From an uncultured archaeon (GTDB lineage Archaea; Asgardarchaeota; Lokiarchaeia; Sigyniarchaeales; SOKP01): a DNA stretch of 64,000 nucleotides. Shown in pieces: positions 20,404-29,602 of the stretch. The notes below the pieces were generated by a model. It did not search any database, had not been told where the DNA came from, and worked only from the letters and a program-made list of their open reading frames with translations. Made by a program: the position numbers and the translations under genes. The DNA is taken from assembly GCA_964486045.1 (NCBI GenBank), contig CAZALK010000003.1, positions 32,001 through 96,000 of the forward strand. Reading direction: 5' to 3'. How positions within the stretch are numbered: the stretch's first letter is position 1; each line of letters begins with the position of its first letter.

Positions 20404-21024
20404 TTATTGATTCAATTCTTCAGTTCCTAATATAATAATGAATAAAACATTCTTATCATCAACGTTGACAAAAAATTCATAACTAACTTTAACTTCATCA
20501 TCAGTATCTCTACCAACGATTATACAATCATAAAAAACTGGGTTACCCTTCTCATTAATCACAACGCGATCAGACATTATAATTCCCTTTTCGATTAATG
20601 AAACTGGATTTTTCAAGATCTCGTCTTTAAAAAAATCTAAATGATCAATTTCTCCTCTATTATTATTAAGATATAATCCTGCCGTGTGACATAAACTGAT
20701 TGAAAAGGGAAATGGAAATTGCTCTTTATTGTACTGCTCCATTATGGATTCTGATATTAGAACAGCGTATTCCAAAGGAGTTTCCTCAAGATTTTTCCAT
20801 GAGAAGTCAGATTTTTTAGAAAAAGCAGTTAATTTGCTATCCCTATCTTTGAACCCTACAATTAAACCTTGAGATATTGATATTTCTTCAGAATTTGATA
20901 TTGATAGATTATCGGAAAAGATAATTTTATCTTGACACTTAGAGATGATTGAACCCGTAAAATCTCCATTGTTTATTCTATTTTTTAACGCGTCGTATAA
21001 TACAAAATCAGTCGATTCATCCAT
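20404..21024 (-). CDS. Hypothetical protein, probably co-transcribed with the ATPase
   Basis: 206-aa ORF ending 19 bp upstream of the ATPase start. Confidence 0.65.
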   Translation of the reverse strand: MDESTDFVLYDALKNRINNGDFTGSIISKCQDKIIFSDNLSISNSEEISISQGLIVGFKDRDSKLTAFSKKSDFSWKNLEETPLEYAVLISESIMEQYNKEQFPFPFSISLCHTAGLYLNNNRGEIDHLDFFKDEILKNPVSLIEKGIIMSDRVVINEKGNPVFYDCIIVGRDTDDEVKVSYEFFVNVDDKNVLFIIILGTEELNQ

Positions 21025-21205
21025 TTTAAATATTTTATCTTTACTTTTTTATGACTTTTTTAATGAGCTTTTCCATGTAATATCATTAATCTTATATATA
21101 AATATTATATATAAAAATATTTGAGATTTGTGAGTTTATTCGGTTAAAATTGAAATTTTTAATTCCTTAAATGTTGAATCGATTTTGAAGTCCTTAATTA
21201 AGTGA

Positions 21206-21558
21206 AACGATTCAATTAAATTTTTTGTTCCTGGAAAAGCTTACACAGATCAAATATCTGATATCGGATTTCCTACGGTAAAGTAGTGTACATTCTACGC
21301 TTTGCTGAAGTGTCATATATAATGCCTCACTACAAGAGTGTCGCGAATAGCGAACAACCTGCTCAATGGATTATTGGAGTAGTTGATTATAATCAGATTG
21401 TCTCACCCTTTAATGGATATATCGAACTTAAAAATTATTTTGATAAAACAATTGGGAAGAGAGATATCAAGGATATAAAAGATGTATTAACAGGTGAAAG
21501 CATCTTCTCTGAAATGGTCTTCGTTGATAGTTCCCCAACTGCCTTAATGGAGTCATAA
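21206..21558 (+). pseudogene. Frameshifted 3' fragment of a larger unknown protein
   Basis: SIKFFVPGKAYTDQISDIGFPT shifts frame near 21280 into the 90-aa ORF ending SSPTALMES*; no credible start. Confidence 0.45.
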
Positions 21559-21569
21559 TTTTGAATATT

Positions 21570-21695
21570 ATGAAATACAAGTTTATCTTTCCGGCTATTG
21601 GAGCTGCGGTAGTATTATTAGGGTTATTTTTCCCCTCAGGAACTTTAATCTTATTTCCATCAATATATAATAGATCTTCGGCCATCTCTAATTGA
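21570..21695 (+). pseudogene. 5' fragment of a membrane protein related to 37111..37662
   Basis: MKYKFIFPAIGAAVVLLGLFFPSG matches FIWILPLIGGLLTLIAIFTPAA; ends after 41 codons. Confidence 0.5.
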
Positions 21696-21753
21696 TCGAA
21701 AACATTTGTTTGTAAAAACTTCCAATCACTCGCAGGAATGGAAAATCTTTTTT

Positions 21754-22181
21754 TTACTTTTTTTCAAAGATATCTTCGAAATCTCCTAAAGATTCATTAT
21801 TTTTTATCAATCGTATCACATCTGACCATCAAGATCCATATATAGACTCCCACGCTTCCAAGATATCAGGCTCAATAGGAAGATGATTCAATGAAAGACT
21901 TGAAAGGTTTGAAAAATTCTTAAAAGATTGGGGGAAGTTTAGTTATCAAATTATTATCTAAATTTAGAGAATAAAGTGCGTTTAAATTTCCAAATAGCTT
22001 TGGTAGTGATTTTATCTTATTGTTAGAAAGTTTTAGAGATTTAAGTGCAGTCAATTTACAAATTGAATCAGGAAGGGATGTTAAATTATTATGATCTAAA
22101 TGAAGTCCTTCAAGTTTAGTGAGATTTCCTATTGATGATGGGAGAGCATTCAATTCATTAAAGCTTAATGATAAATACTCC
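21754..22181 (-). pseudogene. LRR protein remnant (5'-truncated, frameshifted)
   Basis: Starts mid-repeat (EYLSLSFNELNALP) directly below the poly-T terminator of 22219..22539; +1 shift in the G5 run 21930-21934 restores LPQSFKNFSNLSSLSL; in-frame TGA at 21829-21831. Confidence 0.8.
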
Positions 22182-22218
22182 CAGATTAAAAAAAAAATGT
22201 TTAGAATTGAAAAAGAAA

Positions 22219-22539
22219 CTACTCAGGTGTGGGTAACCCTGCAAGTGCTGTTGCTTCTGGGAATGTAGCCCAAACTCTAATTTCGTATTCATATCCCTCG
22301 ATTTCTATATATTCATACAGTTGGGTACTAAATTGAGTATATGCTGCTTCAAATTGTCCTTCTTTTACTCTATAGATTGACATAACAGTTATTCCGTTCG
22401 GTCCAGTAGAAACCGGTTGGGCTATCAATTCTCCTAAAGATTCATCCGGGGGATATTTAGGGAGCACTTCGAGGTATTTTTTGATAACATCATTCTGTTT
22501 GTGACTAGGGTAACTAGATGTTGCGATAATAAATGGCAT
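22219..22539 (-). CDS. Hypothetical dimeric alpha/beta-barrel-like protein; paralog of 11658..11966
   Basis: YPSHK..VIKKYL...IYRVKEGQFEAA...IEGYEYEI. Confidence 0.65.
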   Translation of the reverse strand: MPFIIATSSYPSHKQNDVIKKYLEVLPKYPPDESLGELIAQPVSTGPNGITVMSIYRVKEGQFEAAYTQFSTQLYEYIEIEGYEYEIRVWATFPEATALAGLPTPE

Positions 22540-22689
22540 TATTTTTCTCCTTTCTTTTTGTTTACTTCTTTTTGAGAAGTGTCGGAATTTAAAACCATTT
22601 AATGATATATAAATCTTTATATTTTTGTAGTTGAAGTCAAAACCATATTATATTTGAATTTTCTGGGAAAAAGGAAACTTTAGGATGCT

Positions 22690-23241
22690 TTAAACTTTAT
22701 TGAGTAAATCTTCTACTGACAACAGAACTCGACGCTGATGAGGTTTTCGGATACTGATTTCTCGACAAAGTTTGGTAGTAAGTGCTTTAATTTTATTAGA
22801 ACGTTTCCGATAATCATCATCAGAAAGTTCAATATAGTGTAAACAATCATAAAAGCAATAATCGACACATGCAGGAGTTCCTCCGCATAAATCACATTTT
22901 ATCGCTTTTTGTTTCTTTAAATATTCCATAGCTCCAAACGGACAAGCAACTACACATTGATGACACCCTGTACATTTTTCTCTATCTACTTTAACAAGGT
23001 TTTCTCCTTTAGATGTTTCAGTTTTATAAATTGCCTCAGCTGAGCACGCTTTCATACACATCGGATCTTCACATTGCACACAAACCACGGGTCTAGACCA
23101 CCCCCCCAAACCATCAGTCACAACCTTAATACGAGATTGTGAGGGGATAAACACTCCTTCTTTAGCATTAGAGCATGCTAGTTCACATAAGTGACATCCA
23201 GTACAATTGTCTGATTGAATTGCTAAAACTTTTTTACTCAT
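22690..23241 (-). CDS. 4Fe-4S dicluster electron-transfer protein (AOR/DmsB-type partner)
   Basis: CTGCHLCELAC, CVQCEDPMCMKAC, CTGCHQCVVACPFG, KCDLCGGTPACVDYC. Confidence 0.9.
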   Translation of the reverse strand: MSKKVLAIQSDNCTGCHLCELACSNAKEGVFIPSQSRIKVVTDGLGGWSRPVVCVQCEDPMCMKACSAEAIYKTETSKGENLVKVDREKCTGCHQCVVACPFGAMEYLKKQKAIKCDLCGGTPACVDYCFYDCLHYIELSDDDYRKRSNKIKALTTKLCREISIRKPHQRRVLLSVEDLLNKV

Positions 23242-23254
23242 AATTAAACCTTTT

Positions 23255-23344
23255 TCATCCTCCTGGTATAAAAGGAGTCATTAATAGTTTATCACCATCC
23301 TTCAATGCAGTTTGAAATTGATCTTCTAGTGAAAGTATGTTACG
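23255..23344 (-). pseudogene. 3' end of a MoaD/ThiS-like sulfur carrier (C-terminal GG)
   Basis: RNILSLEDQFQTALKDGDKLLMTPFIPGG* matches RNI..L....T.LKDGD.V...P...GG; directly upstream of the Fe-S gene as in AOR operons. Confidence 0.75.
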
Positions 23345-23599
23345 TCTTCGTCTTGAACTGAATATATCTTTTTCATTTATCCCATCGATTTGAGCAAGTT
23401 CACTTCTTATGTCGTCGATCATTAATTTTAACCGTGATAAAGTCACAGACTTCCCATCTAACTCTACTTGTATGCTCATATTGGTTTTCAAAACTTTTTC
23501 CCTTAAGTTACTAATCGTATCTGAGATTTCACTGATTTCACTTGATATCTTTTCAAAATCTACAAAATTGGTTTCTTTCGCATTTTGCTCCTTAAAACT
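23345..23599 (-). pseudogene. Internal fragment of a coiled-coil (DIP1984-like) protein fused in frame to the MoaD tail
   Basis: FEKISSEISEISDTISNLREKVLKTN...VELDGKSVTLSRLKL; begins just below the poly-T terminator of 23628..24152. Confidence 0.45.
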
Positions 23600-23627
23600 T
23601 TTTATAAAAAATAAAAATAAAAAAAAA

Positions 23628-24152
23628 TTAATTAAATGTTTGGACAAATAAAGAAAAATCCATGATTGAATCTGCTGTGCTGTCCCCTCTAAAAACAATT
23701 GCAATAGAATGATTTCCTGAAGTCATTGTAGTGTTGTAATGTTGTAGAGACACAGACATTCGTAAACTTCCTGGTGTAACTGTATTATCTCTCCTTACAA
23801 AAATAATTGAAGAATACCAGATAATGCCATTTACCTTAAGTCTAACCTCGACATAACTACTTGGAGTCGAACTGTGGTCAAAATTAATTTCACCAATTAA
23901 TAAAAAATGTACTGATTGTCCTGAACTAACATCGAAATCAATTTTAATAGTAGGTAGAGTATTCCATGCATTACCGGACAGAACATAGTATACACTGCTA
24001 GCAGTATCGTACCATTTATTTTCAGGAGGAGTATCAGGCATTGTTGGAGGAATTAAAATAAAATTATCATATATAACAAAAGATCCTACTCCAAGTCCTA
24101 TGATTAAAGCTATAGTTGCTAAAATACTACTACTTTTTCCCATAAACATCAA
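23628..24152 (-). CDS. Membrane-anchored beta-sandwich hypothetical protein
   Basis: N-terminal TM, Pro-rich linker, beta-rich domain ending SGNHSIAIVF...SLFVQ. Confidence 0.65.
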   Translation of the reverse strand: MMFMGKSSSILATIALIIGLGVGSFVIYDNFILIPPTMPDTPPENKWYDTASSVYYVLSGNAWNTLPTIKIDFDVSSGQSVHFLLIGEINFDHSSTPSSYVEVRLKVNGIIWYSSIIFVRRDNTVTPGSLRMSVSLQHYNTTMTSGNHSIAIVFRGDSTADSIMDFSLFVQTFN

Positions 24153-24295
24153 CTTTTTTTGATAGAATAAATCCTCGTAATTAGATAGATATCAAAATTA
24201 TATAAAAGCTTCTAGGCACCCCTTTTAATAAAGTTCTCGTACGGAATTGACGCATCTAGAAAAATATTTAACTTTTAACGTATTTATGATAGCTT

Positions 24296-24424
24296 ATGGC
24301 TAAAAAGAAAAAAGAAGCTCCTTTAACCGGAATTACGGTATCTAGAGAAGAAGATTTTTCCGGTTGGTATACAGAACTAATAAATAAGGCGGAGAAAACT
24401 TCAAATCTACCATCAAATGATTGA
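24296..24424 (+). pseudogene. proS: 5' fragment (about 33 codons) of archaeal/eukaryote-type prolyl-tRNA synthetase
   Basis: MAKKKKEAPLTGITVSREEDFSGWYTELINKAE matches the ProRS N-terminal GITVxKEEDFSxWYxxxIxKAE; unrelated sequence and stop follow. Confidence 0.8.
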
Positions 24425-24574
24425 TAAACGAGTGATTCTGAAATTAATTCATTGAGAATATTTCGACGAGGATACCGAAGTTTATTTCGAATGTCTTCTC
24501 CATAAAGTATTGAAGTAAACATCCGGTAGTTATTCCTTTATTTCCGAATAATTAAATTTCTATGACTCAACATT

Positions 24575-25065
24575 TTATTTTTGCATTCTAGAGTCCCAAC
24601 CGAGGATAATGTTCCTCCCAAATTTATTCTTTAATATTTTAAGTGATGAAGGGATGTCGACTATTCTGTTTTTTTTAACCTGCATCATTTCCAAATTTTG
24701 TAACTTTTCAATTGTTGGTGGGATTGTTGTCAATTTATTATTTCTTATCCAAAAATCCTTAATTGATTTTAATTTGTCTATATTATCAGGAAGTGATGTT
24801 ATCTGATTATTTGATGTATGTAACCATAAGAGTGATTCTAACGAAAGGATTGGGAGTGGAAATTCAGTAAACTGATTATACTCTAAAGATAATTCTTTCA
24901 AACAATGTAAGAAACCTAAATTTCGGGGTAAATCACTGAGGTTGTTATGATCTAAATTTATATATTCTAGTGATAAAATTTCTGATAATACTTCAGGGAT
25001 TGAGAGTAGATTATTATGTGAAAGATCTAATCTTTTCAAATGATCTAATGATGTTAATTTTGCTA
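24575..25065 (-). pseudogene. LRR protein, 5'-truncated
   Basis: Six 23-aa LxxLxLxxNxLxxLP repeats; frame begins mid-repeat (LAKLTSLDHLKRLDL) back-to-back with the GIY-YIG ORF. Confidence 0.75.
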
Positions 25066-25100
25066 GCGGGTTTGTCGCACTCCAGTGATTTTCCCAAGAT

Positions 25101-27041
25101 GTGAAGATACAAAAGAAGATTACTCATAATATTGTTTCCGAGCAATTACCAAGTGATTATTATCTAAATGATGTTATTGCTGATAGTACTGATGCTTTAA
25201 TAAATGAAGGAATAGGAGATGCCATTGAGTGGGCTCAAGTTAGTTCGTTACCGAACAATCAAAGGAATTCAATAAATGAAGGTTTAATAAAGAAAACTTC
25301 TAAATGGGCTAAGGTTGCAAAAGTTGTAGGATTTTCCGGCCTGGCAGTTGCGGGGTTAGGGGTTACTGGGGGATTGGCTTCCGTATTTGGATTTTTGGGA
25401 GGGATTTCAGGCATTTTTGCTACAACTATTATGGGAACGACTGCCATGGTAAGAAATATTAATTCCTTCATAACTCCAGATTTATCATTTAGGAAATCTG
25501 TAAGAAAAACTAAAGCAATCTCCTTTATTTTGAAAAAAGGTTCAAAAGATAATATGATCGGGATTTACAGAGATAGAAGTGAAGTTCTTATTCATATTGC
25601 TAATAGACAAGAAAAATATATCAACCCCACTAATATAGATGATAAGATCAATAGCGGAGAATATAATGCTATTCAGCCTTATGAAAGTCGCCTTACTATA
25701 ATGACTCATTCCCATCATGAACTAATGAAAATCCATAATAAAAAATCTAGACAGTATAAAAATCGAGGTCTCTTTGGTGTTGTCTATTTAATTATTGACT
25801 GGGAAACCGGAAAACTAAAGGTTGGAAGGACTGAGACTTCATTAGGTACCAGAAAGTCGCAATATATCTCAGCAGCAATAAAACAGCTTAACAAAAAAGA
25901 TCCTATAACAGAAAGAATAAGGGAGTTAATAGCGATTAGAGGGAAGAAACTTGTGAGAAAAACCCTTGAGTGGATTCCAATTGAAGTAGTTTTAAGAACG
26001 GGAAGTTCTGATGGACATATCGCTCATGACCGAAAGCTTATTGAAAATTTAGAGCAATTATGGCAAAACAAATTAGACACTTCAGATCCTCGATATGGAT
26101 ATGACCAGACTTCTGGAGCTGCTGGTCCTCATGCCAGAAAAGCGAGTTACCCTCCCACTGCTGTTGAGATCACGTTACCGAGAGTATTTATTAATCCTCA
26201 CGAACTTCAAATACTTTTGGAGAAAGTATGTGATTTTAATCAAATGCTTACTGTTCTCTCTATTAAGAAAAATTATCTCGGAATTAATTCTAGAGATATC
26301 TATGAAAATATTAAATATCATTGGCCGTTCTTAGCAAGAGGATTAGACACCTTCACTCCCCAAAATAAGCTCCCAGTTTTATTAAAGAATGCAAGATATT
26401 ATTTCATAGCTCAAATAGTTAGTAATTATGTTGAAAATGGCTATGATGTTCTATCCGAAATTGCATTAACATTTCAATCTAAAGAGAATCCTTCTGGTGT
26501 ATCTAGGGAGACAATATCACGAGCTATTAAGCAAGAATTTGGGACTAATTCTTGGGCGGGTTTTCTCTCATTACATGGAACAAAGTTAACACCACAATCT
26601 ATAAAGCATCTTGACATCAGAGAATTTATAAATGTTGGCGGTAAGTCATTAGAAGATCACATAAAATTCACTTTATCTACTTTCATTATTAAAGGGCTAA
26701 GTGAAGCAGAAATTGTAGTTGAATTAAGAACACATAATTTTCATATCAGTTCTCTACCAGGTTTACAAAGGTATATCTACAAATTCTGGGGAAATTTGGC
26801 AAATGCAAGGAAAGTGTTGGTGGCTCCAATCTTGGCTTTAAGTTTTAAACTGGGCCATGATTCGACTCAGATAAGACGGGAGATGCCATTCTTTCAGAGA
26901 AGGGGTCCAGGGCTTAGCGCAGGAGATGTAGTACGAGCTTATTGCAAGCAGTGGTTTACCATAAATCCCACTCAAGCTAGGAGTATTCTGAGACTCAGAT
27001 CTTTAAGTGAATTTTTGAATCAAAATCTAAATGATCAGTAA
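25101..27041 (+). CDS. Probably 5'-truncated protein: Gly-rich hydrophobic hairpin + GIY-YIG nuclease + four HTH-like repeats
   Basis: GVVYLI..ETGKLKVGRTETSLGTRK and LEQLWQNKLDTSDPRYGYD (25767-26105); hydrophobic segment VVGFSGLAVAGLGVTGGLASVFGFLGG; no room for a promoter upstream. Confidence 0.75.
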   Translation: MKIQKKITHNIVSEQLPSDYYLNDVIADSTDALINEGIGDAIEWAQVSSLPNNQRNSINEGLIKKTSKWAKVAKVVGFSGLAVAGLGVTGGLASVFGFLGGISGIFATTIMGTTAMVRNINSFITPDLSFRKSVRKTKAISFILKKGSKDNMIGIYRDRSEVLIHIANRQEKYINPTNIDDKINSGEYNAIQPYESRLTIMTHSHHELMKIHNKKSRQYKNRGLFGVVYLIIDWETGKLKVGRTETSLGTRKSQYISAAIKQLNKKDPITERIRELIAIRGKKLVRKTLEWIPIEVVLRTGSSDGHIAHDRKLIENLEQLWQNKLDTSDPRYGYDQTSGAAGPHARKASYPPTAVEITLPRVFINPHELQILLEKVCDFNQMLTVLSIKKNYLGINSRDIYENIKYHWPFLARGLDTFTPQNKLPVLLKNARYYFIAQIVSNYVENGYDVLSEIALTFQSKENPSGVSRETISRAIKQEFGTNSWAGFLSLHGTKLTPQSIKHLDIREFINVGGKSLEDHIKFTLSTFIIKGLSEAEIVVELRTHNFHISSLPGLQRYIYKFWGNLANARKVLVAPILALSFKLGHDSTQIRREMPFFQRRGPGLSAGDVVRAYCKQWFTINPTQARSILRLRSLSEFLNQNLNDQ

Positions 27042-27145
27042 TTTACACCACCTTTAAAGTTTAAATACTTTAGTTTTTTTATTTATCAAGAAGATCGTAA
27101 TATTTAATATGTTTTATTATAGCAAAATAAAATAAGGTAATCTAG

Positions 27146-28249
27146 ATGGGAAAAAGTACTCCTTATATTATGGAAGGCGATGGGGAAGCAGATATTGAAT
27201 ATGACATAATTCAATTATTAGGATTAGACTGGTATAGCTATCTCAATGATGAGACAATTTTAAATAGACAGTTCTTAGAGTTAAATATGGAGAAAGTTTT
27301 AAATGAAGTGAAAGACCCGTCGGAAGATCCAGGTTATTTTCTAATTATTGGATATTTTATTCTGAAGACAGGAGCAGCTGTTTCTAATGCGCTCAAAAAT
27401 AAGGTTGCTGAGTCTACTAAGTGGGAATATGAAGAGACCATTTATCCTAGTAAAGAAATGGAAGAGGAGAGAAAAGTTATTCTTAAAGATTTACGGGATA
27501 AAATCCTAGACCATAGACCTGGTAGGATTACACGTTTAATTGAAGATGGTGGAGGTTATGCTCCCAAAATACTTTTTCAGGAAAAAGAATTAGTATCATT
27601 AATTGAAAAAACTTATTCACTTGAACAAATAAAAGACTTTTTTGCTAGAAAATTATCTACCAATATTTCAAAAGAAGATGTATTAGCGAATATAAAATGG
27701 TATTTTCGCATTAATTCTTATGACCTTTCTGAGGAAATCTTTAAACAAGCACAAAGAAAAATACTTAAGAAAGAATTTATAGAATTTATAGGTAAAGGTG
27801 TAAGAATTTTAGATGAGATGAACCAAAAACTTATCTCTCTTGGAAAACCCGATGAAGTTACAAGTAATGAGTTAGAAGAACTGGTAAAAGAATCCTTATC
27901 TGTTAAATCTTGGGAGGATGCTATAAAGAAACATGGGATTCCTTCAGAAGGATGGATGGATACGTATATCGAACAAGTATGTGGTATTGACACTGAAAAG
28001 TTTTCTGAAGAAGAAGAATTTGTCACTCGAGAAATGGTTGAGGTTCATTTTAGTGAGTTAGTTGAAATGGTTACTAGGTGGGGCAGTCCTAAAGGATATT
28101 ATAAACTTGGATTGCTTATTCTCGAAACAAGTGCTAGAATAACAGAAAACCTTCGAAAGGTTATTATTGAATTCACTAATGGTCTACAAGGTTTTGAGGA
28201 GAAATCGATACAAACGTTTCAAGATAAGATTCGAAGGTACAAATCCTAA
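27146..28249 (+). CDS. Acidic partner protein (candidate immunity protein) with A-B-A' architecture
   Basis: N- and C-terminal helical repeats (GYFLIIGYFILKTGA / GYYKLGLLILETSA) flank a region homologous to the HTH repeats of 25101..27041. Confidence 0.65.
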   Translation: MGKSTPYIMEGDGEADIEYDIIQLLGLDWYSYLNDETILNRQFLELNMEKVLNEVKDPSEDPGYFLIIGYFILKTGAAVSNALKNKVAESTKWEYEETIYPSKEMEEERKVILKDLRDKILDHRPGRITRLIEDGGGYAPKILFQEKELVSLIEKTYSLEQIKDFFARKLSTNISKEDVLANIKWYFRINSYDLSEEIFKQAQRKILKKEFIEFIGKGVRILDEMNQKLISLGKPDEVTSNELEELVKESLSVKSWEDAIKKHGIPSEGWMDTYIEQVCGIDTEKFSEEEEFVTREMVEVHFSELVEMVTRWGSPKGYYKLGLLILETSARITENLRKVIIEFTNGLQGFEEKSIQTFQDKIRRYKS

Positions 28250-28353
28250 GGAAATTCTTCTTTTCAAGGCAAAGAAATTTATACCTAAATTTTTGATTAT
28301 TTAATAATAACTAAGCTAGTAACTATTCGTTTGGATACGGAATTCTTGTTAAA

Positions 28354-29601
28354 ATGCGACCATTATCTCATTACCAAAAAGTTTCTGAGCTAACGAAATC
28401 GGATTTACTAGATAGAGCAAGCCAATTCATTTTTTCCACGGGATTGAATGACGGTGCGTCTAAACTATGTAAAGCAAATATGAAATACGGTCTTGCTCAA
28501 ATTCAACTTATACAAGAAAAATATGGATTTGAGCCAAAAGCAACATTTATTAGTTCACCTGATGAAACAATATCGAGGAATAAATTTAGATGGAGTTCTG
28601 GATTGGGATATGGTGGTCGCCTAAATTGGGGAGACGGAAACGAAAAAATTGTCTTTTTAAATGTTAAGCCTAATTGTTGTGGTTTACTTGTAGGAGGGTT
28701 AGAAGAAGTCCCAGATCCCTACGACTTGATTAAAAAAATAGATAAGATAAAATCCATTGAGCTTTATCATAATGATGTTCTAATAGATTGGGATTATGGA
28801 GTATCTAACCATTTCATTAATTGTTTTGAGACTAAAAATTTATCCGAAGTAGACCTTCCTCCTTACATTTTTATAATTCATGGTTCTGCTCCCGAATTTA
28901 GAGAAGCCAATAAGCATGGGATTGGCCTTTATATAGATAAATCAAAACTGCTAAAAGAACTCGCAATAGAAGAAAATACTAAATTTGGAAAACAATACAT
29001 ATTGATAGATTCTGATGCAAAAAACTTTCTCAAATTCCATGAAAAGGCTTTAGAGTTCTCAAATTCAAAAAGAAAAATAATAGCAAGCAAACTTTTTGAT
29101 TATGGATACAAACCAATATGTAATCAGCCGCATCAATTTCTTAAAGATTATAATAATATGTACTTAGGTAGTAATTGCACAGATACTAATTGTAGTATCA
29201 TAAAATCTGATATTTTTCCCATAACATTAAGAGCAGATATATCTGCTTATCTATTTAGAGGGAAGAAAAATTTTTCAACATTAACTTTAAAAAATGAGGA
29301 TTTTCTAAAAAGGGCTGAAAATTTTGAAGTTTTAGATATTTTGACTAATGCCTGTATTCTCCCGCATGGAGGTGGTTATGAACTTACAGATATCGATGAT
29401 GTATTAGATATTTTGGAGTATAAATATCAAAGGTATTTTGTAACTTCGCTGAAAGCAAATACAAATAGGCTTAAAATAATTAGAAATGTGGGGGAGCTCC
29501 AATTTGAATATAGGGGAAGAGATATTGTTTTAAAAACACTCCAATTAAATCTAGGGGATATTATTTCTCGGTTGACCCCGTTATTCTCGCTAAAATTATA
29601 A
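28354..29601 (+). CDS. Divergent RtcB-like RNA ligase family protein
   Basis: Ordered RtcB motifs SPD, NCCG, SNHF, IHGS, PHQ, PHGGG and C-terminal LTPLFSLK. Confidence 0.7.
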   Translation: MRPLSHYQKVSELTKSDLLDRASQFIFSTGLNDGASKLCKANMKYGLAQIQLIQEKYGFEPKATFISSPDETISRNKFRWSSGLGYGGRLNWGDGNEKIVFLNVKPNCCGLLVGGLEEVPDPYDLIKKIDKIKSIELYHNDVLIDWDYGVSNHFINCFETKNLSEVDLPPYIFIIHGSAPEFREANKHGIGLYIDKSKLLKELAIEENTKFGKQYILIDSDAKNFLKFHEKALEFSNSKRKIIASKLFDYGYKPICNQPHQFLKDYNNMYLGSNCTDTNCSIIKSDIFPITLRADISAYLFRGKKNFSTLTLKNEDFLKRAENFEVLDILTNACILPHGGGYELTDIDDVLDILEYKYQRYFVTSLKANTNRLKIIRNVGELQFEYRGRDIVLKTLQLNLGDIISRLTPLFSLKL

Positions 29602-29602
29602 A

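Noticed and set aside
24268-24522. 84-aa minus-strand ORF as a real gene
   Set aside because: Chimeric: its 3' half is the antisense of the proS fragment and its 5' half is a clipped gene with an upstream stop.
21829-25088. In-frame TGA codons (21829, 25086) as selenocysteine
   Set aside because: They lie in truncated non-redox genes at non-Cys positions, and no SECIS-like hairpin was recognised; nonsense mutations are simpler.
25101-27041. Intron- or intein-encoded homing endonuclease
   Set aside because: No interrupted host gene, splice structure or intein motifs; the hydrophobic hairpin and partner gene fit a toxin-like module better, although a free-standing endonuclease is not excluded.
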